The notes: generated by a model not told the origin, from the letters alone. Shown: positions 19,517 to 30,632, counted from the stretch's first letter. The stretch: DNA of 64,000 nucleotides from Alphaproteobacteria bacterium (GCA_965220745.1 CBDCQT010000003.1:1-64000); one strand, 5' to 3'. Program-made: numbers and translations.

Positions 19517-19601
19517 TGGTGCGGGCGGTGAGACTCGAACTCACACTCCCGAAGGAACGGGTTTTTGAGACCCGCGCGTCTACCGCTTCCGCCACGCCCG
19601 C
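19517..19601 (-). tRNA. tRNA-Leu(CAA)
   Basis: GCGGGCGTGGCGGAAGCGGTAGACGCGCGGGTCTCAAAAACCCGTTCCTTCGGGAGTGTGAGTTCGAGTCTCACCGCCCGCACCA: 85 nt, variable arm, CCA end. Confidence 0.95.
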
Positions 19602-19924
19602 ACATGCGCCAGCCGCAAGACTCCTCATAGCGCGAGAGCGCGCCCAAGGCCACCACCGTTGAAGGCGGGGGCGAATGCCCCTTTCACCCCGGACCATGGT
19701 GCGCTGCACGGCGCGCGGCGGGCGCGTCACGATGGCGCCATGATGAGCAGGCGCGGGCGGGTCGTGGCAGCTGTGGACAGGACGAACAGGACGCCTTCTT
19801 GGCGAGCGGTCGTCGCCGGGAATTCCGCATGATCCCGGCTCGTCCCGCATGAATTTTATGTTTGCCTGTCCCACCGGGGAACGGGCGAGGCCGCGTGGGA
19901 TGCGACCCTGGCGGGAAATGCGGG

Positions 19925-21475
19925 TTAGGCGTTCGTCTCGAAGGAGAGCTTGCTGCCGAGCGCGCGCGCGAGCGCGTCTGCCGCCGTGCGCGCCTTGCCC
20001 GACGCGAGCGGCCGGTGCTCGGGCGCGAGCCGCAGCACCAGATGGCCGTCCTCGGCCGCGATCTGGGAGCCGTCGAGCACTGCCGGCTCCCCGATGGAGA
20101 GCCGCTCCGCCAGCCTGAGCGCGAGCCCGAGCGCCCGGGCCTCGGCGCGCACCACCGGCGGCAACAGCCGGTTCACCGTCCGGCTGGCCACGACCGGAAG
20201 GCGCGACTTGTAGCGAGTGGCCACGGCGAGCGCCAGGAACACGCGGCCTGCGTGATCGATACCGACGAAGGGGGCGCGCGAGATCCGCGCGAACGCATCG
20301 GCCGCGCGCAGGTCGGGATGCTGGCGCCAGGCGATCTCGGAGAGAAACGCCGCCGCAGGCAGCATCTCCCGATGCCGGGCGAACGCCGGGAGCGTCGAGC
20401 GGCCCAGCCAGGAGGCAAGCGCTTCCGCATAGATCAGCGAGCGGCCGTCCCGCCGGGCGATCGAACGGCAGGCATCGTGCAGGGGATCCTGTGCCCGCAC
20501 CGCTGCGGGCAGCCTGTCGAAGAGCAGGCCCTCGCGCAGGCCGAAGGCGGAGAACAGGACCTCGCCCGGCGCGGCGACCTTCAGCAACGCCTTGAGCGCA
20601 GACGCGCCGCTCGGCACGGTCGCGAGCCGCCGGGGCAGCATTCCCTCCGGTCCCGGACGCAGCGTGGCGGGATCGACGGCAGCGAGCTCCTTGGTGGCCT
20701 CGCGCGCCTCGGCCGGCGTCATGCGGTAGTGATGCACGACCGGGATGGGGTGCCGCTCGGAAGCCATGCGAAGACGGGCCAGCGCCCGCCACGCGCCGCC
20801 CACGAGATAGACCGGCGCGCCCCGCACCCGATCGAGCCAGGTCAGTGCCTTGAGCCGCTCGGCCGCGAGCGCGGCGCGGCGGCTTGGCGGCAGGCTGCCC
20901 AGACGGAGCACACCCAAAGGCAGCGTCGCGTGCTCGGCGAGCCGCCCGTGTTCCAGGCGAACCAGCTCGAGACTGCCGCCGCCCAGGTCCGCCATCAGCC
21001 CATTCGCGCCGGGGAAGGCCGAAACCACGCCGAGCGCAGCGTAGCGGGCCTCCTCCTCGCCCGAGAGGACGCGGAGCGAGAAGCCGGTCTCGCGGCTCAC
21101 CGCCTTGCGGAACCGTTCGCCGTCGCTGGCTTCGCGGACCGCCGCCGTGGTCACGGCATCGAGCGGGCCGACGCCGAGCGCCTCCGCCGCAGCGGCGAAG
21201 CGGCGCAACGCATCGAGCGCGGGCTCCACCGCGTCCGGCGCGAGCGTCCCGGTCTCGGCCAGGGTCGCGCCGAGACCGCACAGCTCGCGCTCGTTGAAGA
21301 CCGGCGCCGGCGCCCGCGTCAGCCCCTCGAACACCACGAGGCGGATCGAGTTGGAGCCGACATCGAGCACGCCGTAGGGCGCATCCGCTGCAGCCGCGGC
21401 GGGGAGACGCTCGTCTCCGACCGGAAGCGTCGCCGCGTCGGCCACGAGGCGGGTCTCCGCCAGCTGCTCCGTCAC
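19925..21475 (-). CDS. ppx: Exopolyphosphatase Ppx/GppA
   Basis: [39 protein letters not shown]. Confidence 0.93.
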   Translation of the reverse strand: MTEQLAETRLVADAATLPVGDERLPAAAAADAPYGVLDVGSNSIRLVVFEGLTRAPAPVFNERELCGLGATLAETGTLAPDAVEPALDALRRFAAAAEALGVGPLDAVTTAAVREASDGERFRKAVSRETGFSLRVLSGEEEARYAALGVVSAFPGANGLMADLGGGSLELVRLEHGRLAEHATLPLGVLRLGSLPPSRRAALAAERLKALTWLDRVRGAPVYLVGGAWRALARLRMASERHPIPVVHHYRMTPAEAREATKELAAVDPATLRPGPEGMLPRRLATVPSGASALKALLKVAAPGEVLFSAFGLREGLLFDRLPAAVRAQDPLHDACRSIARRDGRSLIYAEALASWLGRSTLPAFARHREMLPAAAFLSEIAWRQHPDLRAADAFARISRAPFVGIDHAGRVFLALAVATRYKSRLPVVASRTVNRLLPPVVRAEARALGLALRLAERLSIGEPAVLDGSQIAAEDGHLVLRLAPEHRPLASGKARTAADALARALGSKLSFETNA

Positions 21476-23634
21476 CCGTCGTGCGGTTCGCCGCCGTCGT
21501 CGCCTGCGACCGCAAGCCGCGGCTCGCGCCGTGCCGTGCCGCGCCCGGAGAGCGACGGGTTGGTCATGAAGAAGCGGTGGGCGTTGAAGGGCTCGCCGTC
21601 GGGCGCCAAGCGAGAGAAGGCGCCGTCGGCGTCCAGCGTCCAGCTTTGTTCATTGTCCCTGAAGTTCGCGGTCATGATCTGATCGAGAATCTGCTCGTGT
21701 ACCGTCGGGTTCTCGATCGGCACCATCATTTCCACTCGTCGGTCCAGATTGCGCCCCATCCAGTCGGCGGACGAGATGTACACCTTGGCTTGGGGCGAGG
21801 GCAGGCCGTGGCCTGCGCCGAAGCACATGATTCGGGAGTGTTCGAGGAAGCGTCCGACGATGCTCTTCACCCGGATGTTCTCCGAGAGACCCGGCACGCC
21901 GGGCCTCAGGCAGCAGATGCCGCGCACCACCATATCGATGGAGACCCCGGCGGCAGCGGCGGCATAGAGCGCCTCGATCACGTCGGGGTCGACCAGGGAG
22001 TTGAGCTTCAACCAGATCGCCGCCGGCCGGCCGGCGAGGGCATGGGCAATCTCCGCTTCGATCAACTCATCGATCGCAGTACGCAAGCCGAGCGGCGCCA
22101 CCGCAATCTTCTCGTAGCGCTCGGGTGCGGCTCCTCCCGTCAGGTAATTGAAGAGCAGCGCCGCGTCGCGGCAGAGCGCCGGATCGCAGGTGAAGAACGA
22201 AAGGTCGGTGTAGATCGCGGCAGTGATCGGGTGATAGTTGCCGGTGCCGTAGTGCACGTAGCTGCGCAGGCCGTCAGCCTCGCGGCGGGCCACCAGCGAG
22301 GCCTTGGCGTGGGTCTTGAGGTCCATGAAGCCGTACACCACTTGGGCGCCGGCGCGCTCCAGGTCGCGCGCCCAACGGATGTTCGCCGCTTCGTCGAACC
22401 TGGCCTTGAGTTCGACCAGAGCAGTGACCGACTTGCCCGCCTCCGCCGCCTCGATCAGCGCGTTGACGATGGGCGAATCGTTGCTGGTGCGATAGAGGGT
22501 CTGCTTGATCGCGATCACGTCCGGGTCCCGTGCCGCCTGGCGCAGGAACTGGACGACCACGTCAAAGCTCTCGTAGGGGTGGTGGACGACGATATCCTTG
22601 GCCTTGATGGCGGCGAAGCAATCGCCGCCAGAGTCCCTGATCCGCTCCGGGAAGCGCGCGCGGTAGGGCGTGAACTCGAGATCGGCCCGGCCGCACTTGA
22701 TGAGCATGGCCGTGTCCGCAAGCCCCAGAATCCCTTCGACCTTGACCACGTCGCGCCGGTCGACGTGAAGCTGATCGGCGAGGAAGTCCAGCATGCTCAA
22801 GGGCATCGTGGAGTCCACCTCAAGCCGGATGACGCTGCCGCGCCGGCGCCGCTTGAGCGCGCTCTCGAACGAGCGCACCAGATCCTCGGCCTCTTCCTCC
22901 AGCTCGATGTCGCTGTCACGGACCACCCGGAAGCGCCCCACCGCGCTCGGGGCAAAGCCGGGGAACAGCCGATCGAGGTAGAGCTCCACCACGTCCTCCA
23001 GCGCGATGAAGCGGATTTCGCCCCGCTCGCCCTCGGGCAGGCGGATGAAGCGCTCCACCTGGCTGGGGACGCGCACCAGCGAAGGGACCAGGCGCCGGGT
23101 GCCCTTCTCGACCAGCTCCAGCGCCAGGCTGAAGCCCAAATTCGGAATGAACGGGAACGGATGGGCCGGATCAATGGCGAGGGGGGTCAGCACCGGGAAG
23201 AGGCGGTCGATGAAGTAGCCGTCAAGCCAGCGCCGTTCGTCCTCCCTGAGCCGGTCGGCCGAGAGGATTGCGATGCCCGCATCGGCCAGCTCCGCTCGGA
23301 GTTCGAGCCAGCGCTCCTGCTGCTGCGCCATCAGCGCGTTGGCGCGCTCGTTGACGGCGCGGATTTGTGCAATGGGGCTCAGACCGTCCTGGGACGATTC
23401 GAGGATGCCCGCCTCGACCTGGCCGTGCAGGCCGGCCACGCGGACCATGTAGAACTCGTCGAGGTTCGATCCCGAAATCGAGAGGAAGCGCAGTCGTTCG
23501 AGCACGGGATGGTCGAGGTTCTCAGCCTCTTCCATGACCCGCTCGTTGAAGGCGAGCCAGCTCAGCTCACGGTTGATGAACTTGTCGGCCGGCGCGAAGC
23601 TTTGCGCCTCAGTGGCCCGCTTGGCTCTCGCCAT
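21472..23634 (-). CDS. ppk1: Polyphosphate kinase 1
   Basis: [50 protein letters not shown]. Confidence 0.97.
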   Translation of the reverse strand: MARAKRATEAQSFAPADKFINRELSWLAFNERVMEEAENLDHPVLERLRFLSISGSNLDEFYMVRVAGLHGQVEAGILESSQDGLSPIAQIRAVNERANALMAQQQERWLELRAELADAGIAILSADRLREDERRWLDGYFIDRLFPVLTPLAIDPAHPFPFIPNLGFSLALELVEKGTRRLVPSLVRVPSQVERFIRLPEGERGEIRFIALEDVVELYLDRLFPGFAPSAVGRFRVVRDSDIELEEEAEDLVRSFESALKRRRRGSVIRLEVDSTMPLSMLDFLADQLHVDRRDVVKVEGILGLADTAMLIKCGRADLEFTPYRARFPERIRDSGGDCFAAIKAKDIVVHHPYESFDVVVQFLRQAARDPDVIAIKQTLYRTSNDSPIVNALIEAAEAGKSVTALVELKARFDEAANIRWARDLERAGAQVVYGFMDLKTHAKASLVARREADGLRSYVHYGTGNYHPITAAIYTDLSFFTCDPALCRDAALLFNYLTGGAAPERYEKIAVAPLGLRTAIDELIEAEIAHALAGRPAAIWLKLNSLVDPDVIEALYAAAAAGVSIDMVVRGICCLRPGVPGLSENIRVKSIVGRFLEHSRIMCFGAGHGLPSPQAKVYISSADWMGRNLDRRVEMMVPIENPTVHEQILDQIMTANFRDNEQSWTLDADGAFSRLAPDGEPFNAHRFFMTNPSLSGRGTARREPRLAVAGDDGGEPHDG

Positions 23635-23739
23635 TCGGCTGCTCCTGCGTCCCCTCTACTTGGTTTGATTCGCGGCCTCTTACAATACGGTCATTGCCGT
23701 GGCGTGACAAAAATACGCCGGCTGGAGCGGTGCTGCGCA

Positions 23740-24441
23740 TCAAGCCCGCGGCGACGCCTCGTCTTCGCCTTCGTCCAGCGCAAGCACTGCGCGCACGAGC
23801 GGCACGGTAACCGCTCTGCCCTCGGCAAGCGCCGCGCGGTCAAGGCGCTCGACGAGGCGGGCCACAGCCTCGAATGTGCGCTCGATTCGGGGCACGACAT
23901 AGGCCGGCACCTCGGGCGCCACGGTGATCTGCCGGTCGCCGAAGAGCTTGAGCATGAGAGCTGCGAGTAGCGCATCGTCCGGCAGACCGAGCGCCGCTGC
24001 CGGCGCGAGCCTGAGGCGGGAGGCGAGGTCGGGGAGCGCGAGCGGCCAGCGTGCCGGCGGGGCCGAGGCGGTGAGCAGCAGATGGCCGCCCCGCTCGGCA
24101 ACAGCGTTGTAGGTATGCAGGAGGGCGCGCTCATCGATCGGCCCGCCGAGCCCGTCGATGACCAGCGCCGGCATTTTTCCGGTATCGGGCACGACGTCGG
24201 CAAGGCGGGCTGCCGGGACGATCTCTGCGCCGCTCCGCCTGCGCCACACCTCGGCGAGATGGCTCTTGCCCGAGCCCGGCGGACCGTGGATCACGAGCGC
24301 GGGGCCCGGCCAGTCCGGCCAGCGGTCGAGCCAGGCGATCGCCTCCTCGTTGCAAGGCGCGACCAGAAAATCCTCCCGCCGGAGCGCCGGTCGGACGCCC
24401 CAGTCGAAGATGCGCTGCCGCCCGAGGTCTGCCTTGGCCAT
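23740..24441 (-). CDS. hdaA: DnaA regulatory inactivator HdaA
   Basis: EDFLVAPCN, WPDWP, GPPGSGKSHL, LPDLASRL, IERTF. Confidence 0.88.
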   Translation of the reverse strand: MAKADLGRQRIFDWGVRPALRREDFLVAPCNEEAIAWLDRWPDWPGPALVIHGPPGSGKSHLAEVWRRRSGAEIVPAARLADVVPDTGKMPALVIDGLGGPIDERALLHTYNAVAERGGHLLLTASAPPARWPLALPDLASRLRLAPAAALGLPDDALLAALMLKLFGDRQITVAPEVPAYVVPRIERTFEAVARLVERLDRAALAEGRAVTVPLVRAVLALDEGEDEASPRA

Positions 24442-24452
24442 GATCCGGTGCC

Positions 24453-25631
24453 TTACTCGCCCTCACCCGGGACTGACGTGTCGGGTTCCACCGGCTCCGG
24501 GGGTGTGGCGCGACCACGCAGCCACCAGCCATCTTCCTCGGGCGCGAGATTGAGGTCGTCTTGGCCGAGGGCAAGGCGGAGCTGGTCCTCCGTACCATGA
24601 TAGCGGAGGGTGAGCCTGCCTTCGCTCCGCGAGAGCGAGTCGATCTCGACCGATGCGACCATGGCGAGCGTCGCGAGGCGCCGCTGGATCGACACCCATT
24701 CGCCGAGGCTCGCGATCGGCACCCTCGCCCGGAGCACCCGCTGCTCGTCGTAGCGAATCAGGTTGGCGGCCTTCCAGTCATCCTCCAGCAAGGTGATGAC
24801 TCTGTCGGTGCCGCGCTTGAGCAGCGCCCGTTCGCTCTCCCCCTCGCGGCCGATCAGCGTTTTCTGGATGGCCTGGCTCTCTTCGGCCGCGATCCTGAGC
24901 AGCGAGAGCGTGAGGGCACGGCCCGCGGCAGGCGCGTCGTCGTCGCTCTCCGCGGCAGGCGCAGACGGTTTTGCCACGGCGGCGGAGCCCGAGAGCCCGG
25001 CGATGGCGACCGCAACCTCGGTCGTGCCGTAGAGCGCGGCGAGCGCGGTGAGGGCGTCCACATCCGACGCCAGTGCCTGCGCAGCATCAACCGTGCCGAG
25101 GTCGATGACATCGCCGAGCGGCAGAAGGATCGGCACCAGGCCGCCGTGCGGCGGGCGCTCCTCCCACGCCCGTCGCCAGCGATTGCCGTCCTCCCACAGC
25201 AGGATACCGCCGGGGTCGCGCTGAACCGCCACCACCAGCACCGGCTTGCTCAGGGTCTCCGCATAGGCGACGCCGCTCTCTCGCAGCAGGCGGCGCACTT
25301 CGGCCGGGTCGAAATCCACGGTCAGCGACGCGCGGTAGCGGGTGGTCGAGACCAGTTCGCGATTGATGGCGAAGCCCGCCACCATTGCCGCAATGGAGTC
25401 ATCGGGCGGTGCGGGCAGGGCCGTTCCCGCCACGGTGAGGCGGCGCAAGAGGGTCTCCAGCGCGGCGCGCTGGCCGGCGGCGATAGCGAGCTCTCGCGCC
25501 TCCGCGGCCGATGCGGCTTCGGCGTCGATGGCAACGTGCGCGACGGTGAACACCGAGTCCGCTCGCGCGGCGCCGCAGGCGAGGAGCAGCGCCAGCGCGC
25601 ACATGAGCGCGATGCGAGCCGGTCCACACAT
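24453..25631 (-). CDS. DUF2066 family exported protein
   Basis: Signal peptide, then VFTVAHVAIDAEAASAAEARELAI...YRASLTVDFDP; usual position between purM/N and hda. Confidence 0.75.
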   Translation of the reverse strand: MCGPARIALMCALALLLACGAARADSVFTVAHVAIDAEAASAAEARELAIAAGQRAALETLLRRLTVAGTALPAPPDDSIAAMVAGFAINRELVSTTRYRASLTVDFDPAEVRRLLRESGVAYAETLSKPVLVVAVQRDPGGILLWEDGNRWRRAWEERPPHGGLVPILLPLGDVIDLGTVDAAQALASDVDALTALAALYGTTEVAVAIAGLSGSAAVAKPSAPAAESDDDAPAAGRALTLSLLRIAAEESQAIQKTLIGREGESERALLKRGTDRVITLLEDDWKAANLIRYDEQRVLRARVPIASLGEWVSIQRRLATLAMVASVEIDSLSRSEGRLTLRYHGTEDQLRLALGQDDLNLAPEEDGWWLRGRATPPEPVEPDTSVPGEGE

Positions 25632-25757
25632 GATTGAGCCCGGAATACTCACTGGTGTCACGTTTCGGGGCCGGCGGCGACCGAAGCCCGAGTGGCAGGG
25701 TATCATGGCGCCCGCAGCCAAGCGACCGGCAGCGGCCGGAAGACGGCGGGGGACCAC

Positions 25758-26411
25758 ATGGCGCGGCTCAAATTGGGCGTCCTGATCTCGGGCAGTGGGA
25801 CCAATTTGCAGGCCCTGATCGACGATTGTACCCGCGCGGATGCCGAGAGCGAGATCGTGCTGGTTCTCTCCAACCGGGCCGACGCCTTCGGCCTCACGCG
25901 CGCCGAACGTGCGAGCCTGCCCCATCGCGTGATCGACCATCGGGAGTATGACTCCCGTGAGGCCTTCGAGCAGGCGCTCACCGAGGCGCTTGAGGCGAGC
26001 GGTGTCGAGCTGGTCTGCCTTGCGGGCTTCATGCGCGTGCTCACGACGGATTTCGTCGAGCGCTGGCGCGACCGGCTGATCAACATCCACCCCTCGCTGC
26101 TGCCGGCGTTCAAGGGACTCGATACCCACGCTAGGGCCATCGAGGCGGGGGTTCGATTCGCTGGATGCACGGTCCACTTCGTCCGGCCCGACGTGGACAG
26201 CGGGCCGATCATCGTTCAGGCGGCCGTGCCGGTCCTGCCTGAGGACACGGCGGAGACCCTCGCGGCCCGCGTCCTGCGCGAGGAGCACCGCTGTCTGCCG
26301 CTCGCCGTGCGCTTCATCGCCGAGCGCCGCATATCAGTCGTGGACGAGCGTTGCGTCATCGACGCTGAGGCGCCGGACGGCGCCCTCATCAACCCGGCGC
26401 CAGGCCCGTAA
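25758..26411 (+). CDS. purN: Phosphoribosylglycinamide formyltransferase
   Basis: VLISGSGTNLQAL, LAGFMRVL, NIHPSLLP, GCTVHFV, DSGPII. Confidence 0.96.
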   Translation: MARLKLGVLISGSGTNLQALIDDCTRADAESEIVLVLSNRADAFGLTRAERASLPHRVIDHREYDSREAFEQALTEALEASGVELVCLAGFMRVLTTDFVERWRDRLINIHPSLLPAFKGLDTHARAIEAGVRFAGCTVHFVRPDVDSGPIIVQAAVPVLPEDTAETLAARVLREEHRCLPLAVRFIAERRISVVDERCVIDAEAPDGALINPAPGP

Positions 26412-26416
26412 GCGAA

Positions 26417-26445
26417 GGGCCCGGAACCGTACGGTCCCAGGCCCT
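26417..26445. terminator. GC hairpin between convergent purN and phasin genes
   Basis: Imperfect stem GGGCCCGGAACCG...CGGTCCCAGGCCC; no clear U-tract. Confidence 0.35.
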
Positions 26446-26467
26446 CCGTAGCGTGTGTCCGGCCCCG

Positions 26468-26890
26468 TTAGGCGGCGGGCTTGCCGTAGCGCTCGACCAG
26501 GTCCTCGGCGCGTGCGCGGATCGGCTCCATCGCGTCACCGGTGGTCTTGACCGTCACGTCGGCAATGCGGTTGCCCGCAGCCATCGTGCGCTCGAACGCG
26601 CCCTTCGCGGTCCCGGTCTGGGCATCGGTAAGTTCGGCCCAGCTGCGCGCACCCATCAGCGCCTCGGCGGCGTCGGTTTGGGCGGCCATTGCCTCCTTGG
26701 CGAAGTCGAACCAGGCGCTGCCAATGGCGCCATAGCCCTTGGCCGCGATGGTCGAGGCCTGGACGAAGCTGTCGAGGCTCGCACGGCCCTCATCGGCCAT
26801 GGTGTCGAAGGAGAATGCGCCGTTCCAGGCGGTCTTGGAGTTGGCAGTGGCCTTGCTCGCGGCGTCGGTCTTGGCGGTCATCGCGTTCAC
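26468..26890 (-). CDS. phaP: Phasin (PHA granule protein)
   Basis: Ala-rich helical Phasin_2 pattern (ASTIAAKGYGAIG..ALMGARSWAELTDAQT...AMEPIRAR); PhaR-type boxes upstream. Confidence 0.82.
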   Translation of the reverse strand: MNAMTAKTDAASKATANSKTAWNGAFSFDTMADEGRASLDSFVQASTIAAKGYGAIGSAWFDFAKEAMAAQTDAAEALMGARSWAELTDAQTGTAKGAFERTMAAGNRIADVTVKTTGDAMEPIRARAEDLVERYGKPAA

Positions 26891-26944
26891 CCTATCGTTT
26901 TGCGGTTGTTCCTGACGATGCGCACCGCTCTATGACGCGTGGTA

Positions 26945-26979
26945 ATGTTGCGATGCAGCATCATATTGCAGCGCAATAT
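26945..26979. promoter_or_regulatory. Tandem PhaR-type operators (TGC-N3-GCA)
   Basis: ATGTTGCGATGCAGCAT and ATATTGCAGCGCAATAT palindromes upstream of the phasin. Confidence 0.7.
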
Positions 26980-27032
26980 AATCGAGTCGCGCGGCCGGTC
27001 AAGGCCCTTTGACACTTATATTTTCTCCCCAA

Positions 27033-27196
27033 CCGTTGGGCGATGCGGGTGCGCTGGAGGACGCTCTGCAAGAGGCGCTGGGGGCAGGCGCAGCCGAGCG
27101 AGAGAGCACGGCCGCGGCGGGCCAGGCCCACGTGCACCGCAACTTCACGCCGGACGGGATGTGTAGCGCGACCCTCGACGTCTACGGGAACTGTTG
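27033..27196 (+). pseudogene. C-terminal remnant of a GT4 glycosyltransferase
   Basis: PLGDAGALEDALQEAL...GQAHVHRNFTPDGMCSATLDVY, then ELL in a shifted frame; no N-terminal part. Confidence 0.55.
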
Positions 27197-27286
27197 CCTA
27201 CTTCATCGTAACACCGCTCGGCGACGGCTGGACAAGCGCGTGCGGGCGTCCGACACTTCAAACCGGACACACGCAGGGTCGAGGAC

Positions 27287-28048
27287 ATGGACCTCAAGCT
27301 CGACGGCAAAAAGGCCATCGTGACCGGCGGCACGCGGGGGATCGGCCACGCGATCGCCCACAGGCTTGCGCTGGAGGGCTGCGGCGTCGGCATCTGTGCC
27401 CGCGGCGGCGCCAAGCTCGAGGCCGTGCTGGCGGCGTTCGCGGGAGAGGGCCTCAATGTCATCGGAACCACCTGCGACGTCGCGGACGGCGACGCCGTGC
27501 GGCAGTGGACCGCGGCGATGGCGCAGCAGCTCGGTGGCATCGACGTCGTGGTGGCCAACGTGAGCGCGATCGCCGGAGCGCCGGACGAAGACTCCTGGCG
27601 GGCCGCGCTCGAGGTCGACATGCTCGGCACCGTGCGCACGATCGAAGCGGCCATGCCGCAGCTGGCGCAGTCGGAAGCCGCGGCGATCGTCACCGTATCG
27701 AGCACGGCGGGCGTCGAGAGCTTCGGCGGGGTCAGACCCTACAACTCGATCAAGGCCGCGCTGATCAACTACACCTCCAATCTGGCCACCGTGCTCGCCG
27801 AACGCGGCATCCGCGTGAACTGCGTCTCGCCGGGCACGATCTATTTCGAGGACGGCGTTTGGGGCCAACGCCAGCGGGAGGACCCGGAGCGCTACAATGC
27901 TGCGCTCGCGCTCAACCCCACCGGCCGGATGGGCACGCCAGAGGAGGTCGCGGATGCGGTTGCCTTCCTCGCGAGCCCGGTCTCGAGCTTCACCACGGGC
28001 GCCAACCTGATCGTCGACGGCGGGCTCACCAAGCGCGTGCAGTTCTAA
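27287..28048 (+). CDS. Short-chain dehydrogenase/reductase
   Basis: VTGGTRGIG, YNSIK, NCVSPG, GRMGTPEEVA, VDGG. Confidence 0.92.
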   Translation: MDLKLDGKKAIVTGGTRGIGHAIAHRLALEGCGVGICARGGAKLEAVLAAFAGEGLNVIGTTCDVADGDAVRQWTAAMAQQLGGIDVVVANVSAIAGAPDEDSWRAALEVDMLGTVRTIEAAMPQLAQSEAAAIVTVSSTAGVESFGGVRPYNSIKAALINYTSNLATVLAERGIRVNCVSPGTIYFEDGVWGQRQREDPERYNAALALNPTGRMGTPEEVADAVAFLASPVSSFTTGANLIVDGGLTKRVQF

Positions 28049-28095
28049 CAACACCGCCGCGCCGGCCGGCGAGCGCCGACGGATGGAGGAGAGCC

Positions 28096-29202
28096 ATGGA
28101 TGTTGGCGCGTTCATGATGCCCAACCACCCGCCGGGGCGCGACTTCGGCGAGGGCCACGAGCACGACCTCGATACGCTCGCCTTCCTCGACCGCATCGGC
28201 TTCGCCGAGGCATGGATCGGCTGCCACTACACGGTGCCGACGGAGCCATGCCCCGCGCCCGACCTGCTGGTCGCCCAGGCGCTGCTGCGCACCGAACGCA
28301 TCCGGGTCTCGCCGGGCGGCTACATGCTGCCCTTCCACCACCCGGCCGAACTGGCGCACCGGATCGCCTGGCTCGACCATATCGGGCGCGGGCGCTGCTA
28401 CATCGGGGTGGGCTCAAGCGGGATTCCGACCGACTGGCTGATGTTCGACATCGATGGGTTCGCCGGCCAGAACCGCGAGATGACCGAGGAATCCCTCGAC
28501 ATCATGATGCGCTTCTGGGAGAGCGACGGCCCCTTCGAGTATTGCGGCAAATACTGGACCGCGCGCCGGCCGGAGGGCGTGCTCGATGGGAACTACGGGT
28601 ACCACATCGGCACATTCACCAAGCCGCACCCGCAGATCGCGATCGCCGGCTTCAGCCCGGATTCGCCCACGCTGGTGCTCGCCGGCCGTCGCGGCTTCAT
28701 TCCGCTCAGCCTGAGCTACAGCGATGTCTACCTCGCCGGGCACTGGGCCTCGGTCGAGCGCGGCGCGGCGGAAGCCGGCCGCACCACGGACCGCAGCGCC
28801 TGGCGCATCGGGCGGGACATCTACGTAGCGGAGACCGACGCCGAGGCGTGGGACAAGGTGGTCAACGGCGCCATCGGCGCGCACTACCGCAGTTTCTGGC
28901 TGCCGGTGCTCAAGCACATCGGCATGCTCTCGGCCTGCAAGCATCACCCCGACGTGGCCGATTCCGACGTCACGGTCGAGTACATCGCCGAGCACTGCAT
29001 GGCGGTGGGCAGTCCGCACACCGTCGAGCGCAAGGTCGCCGCCATGTTGGAGGCCTCGGGCGGGTTCGGTACCCTGTTGGTGATCTCCTACGACCACCTG
29101 GACGACATGGAAGGGTGGCGCGATTCCATGCGCGCGCTTGCAGGGGAGGTCATGCCCGCGTTTGCCGACATTGCCGCCGCCGGGGATCGGGTGGCTCGGT
29201 AG
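28096..29202 (+). CDS. Luciferase-like (LLM) flavin-dependent monooxygenase
   Basis: GAFMMPNHPP, GFAEAWIGCH, LPFHHPAELAHRI, LAGEVMP; GGAGGA RBS. Confidence 0.88.
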   Translation: MDVGAFMMPNHPPGRDFGEGHEHDLDTLAFLDRIGFAEAWIGCHYTVPTEPCPAPDLLVAQALLRTERIRVSPGGYMLPFHHPAELAHRIAWLDHIGRGRCYIGVGSSGIPTDWLMFDIDGFAGQNREMTEESLDIMMRFWESDGPFEYCGKYWTARRPEGVLDGNYGYHIGTFTKPHPQIAIAGFSPDSPTLVLAGRRGFIPLSLSYSDVYLAGHWASVERGAAEAGRTTDRSAWRIGRDIYVAETDAEAWDKVVNGAIGAHYRSFWLPVLKHIGMLSACKHHPDVADSDVTVEYIAEHCMAVGSPHTVERKVAAMLEASGGFGTLLVISYDHLDDMEGWRDSMRALAGEVMPAFADIAAAGDRVAR

Positions 29203-29307
29203 ACTCCCGCCGCACATTCCGCCTAGAGTTGCCGGCGGATATCGCAATGCCGTCGGGTGACGGCGCTGTAGAAGACCAACGTCCGGCCGTACAGGGAGGG
29301 AACCACG

Positions 29308-30510
29308 ATGCGGAAAATGACGTTGCTGGCAGGCGCGGCCGCGCTTGCCCTATCACTTGGCGTTGCCACGCCGAGCCAGGCTGCCGACGACGATGTCGTC
29401 ATCGGCTTCGCCATCGCGCTCAGCGGCTGGATGAACCAGTACGACGGTCCGCCGTCGCGCTCTGCGAAGATGGCGATCAACGACATCAACGAAGCCGGCG
29501 GCGTGCTCGGCGGCCGCAATTTCACCTTCACCCAATCCGACACCAAGTCGGAGGCGGCGGAAGGCGCGCGGGCCGGGCAGGAGGTGATCGCCGACGGCGC
29601 CAACTTCATGATCGTCTCGTGCGACTACGACATGGGCGCCGCCGCTGCGACGGTGGCGAACAGCAACGAGATGGTGGTCATCTCGCTCTGCGCCTCCGAC
29701 GCGAAGATGGGCGTGCAGGGTATCGGCCCCTACGCCTTCACCATGTCCAACTCGTCGCTCACCAGCGGCGCCGTGATTGCGGAGTGGGCGTGGAACAACA
29801 AGGGCTGGAAGACCGCCTACAGCCTGCTCGATACCTCGATCGAGTACGACAAGGCGATCTGCGCCGGCTTCAAGACACGCTTCGAGAAGCTGGGCGGCGT
29901 CATGCTGGGCGAGGACACCTTCAAGCAGGACGATGCGTCCATCGCCTCGCAGATCACACGTTTCAAGCAGGTGGCAGAGGAGAAGGGCGAGCCTGACCTG
30001 CTCCACGTCTGCTCCTACGGCGCCGGCGCGAACGCCGCGATCCGCCAGATCAGGGCGGCCGGCATCGACACGCCGATCTCGGGCGGCGATTCGATGGACG
30101 GCGACTACTGGACCGAGGCCATCGGCAACCTCAATGACCACTACACCGGCACTTACGGCTCGGTGTTCGGCGACGATCCCAGGCCCCGGGTCAACGAGTT
30201 CTTCGACCGCTACGAGGAAGTGCACGGCGAGCGGGTGTGCTGTTCGTTCGCGCTCTCGGGCTACAGCATCATCCAGGCGCTCGCCATCGCCATCGATCGG
30301 GCGGGCACCATCGACAGCGACGCGGTGCTGGCCGAGCTCAACAAGTTCGACAAGGAGCCGCTGCTGGTGGGTCCCACCACGTTCACCGAGGACCTGCACA
30401 TCAACCTCGAGCGGCCCCAGGCGATCATCGGGATCAAGGACGGCAAGGGCTACTTCGTCGACCTGATCCAGCTGCCGGAACCGCCGCCGCTGCAGCTCAT
30501 CTTCAAATAG
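29308..30510 (+). CDS. Liv-type ABC transporter substrate-binding protein
   Basis: Signal peptide, IGFAIALSG, INEAGGVLG, DTKS. Confidence 0.88.
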   Translation: MRKMTLLAGAAALALSLGVATPSQAADDDVVIGFAIALSGWMNQYDGPPSRSAKMAINDINEAGGVLGGRNFTFTQSDTKSEAAEGARAGQEVIADGANFMIVSCDYDMGAAAATVANSNEMVVISLCASDAKMGVQGIGPYAFTMSNSSLTSGAVIAEWAWNNKGWKTAYSLLDTSIEYDKAICAGFKTRFEKLGGVMLGEDTFKQDDASIASQITRFKQVAEEKGEPDLLHVCSYGAGANAAIRQIRAAGIDTPISGGDSMDGDYWTEAIGNLNDHYTGTYGSVFGDDPRPRVNEFFDRYEEVHGERVCCSFALSGYSIIQALAIAIDRAGTIDSDAVLAELNKFDKEPLLVGPTTFTEDLHINLERPQAIIGIKDGKGYFVDLIQLPEPPPLQLIFK

Positions 30511-30632
30511 GCACAGACCCGGTGGGCGGTCCGCGAAATCCAATCTCGCGGGCCGCCCCCGTTTTCCCGGTCGCGGCGCCGCGGCCGACGGCCGCCGCCT
30601 GACGCCGCCAGTCGTTCGAGGGGCCTTCTTCG

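Noticed and set aside
17928-21515. 1195-aa minus-strand ORF and other long antisense or alternate-frame ORFs (e.g. 10345-13410, 21481-23970, 7325-9568)
   Set aside because: Shadow ORFs of high-GC coding DNA. They overlap well-supported genes, one spans a tRNA, and they are Arg/Ala/Pro-rich with no motifs.
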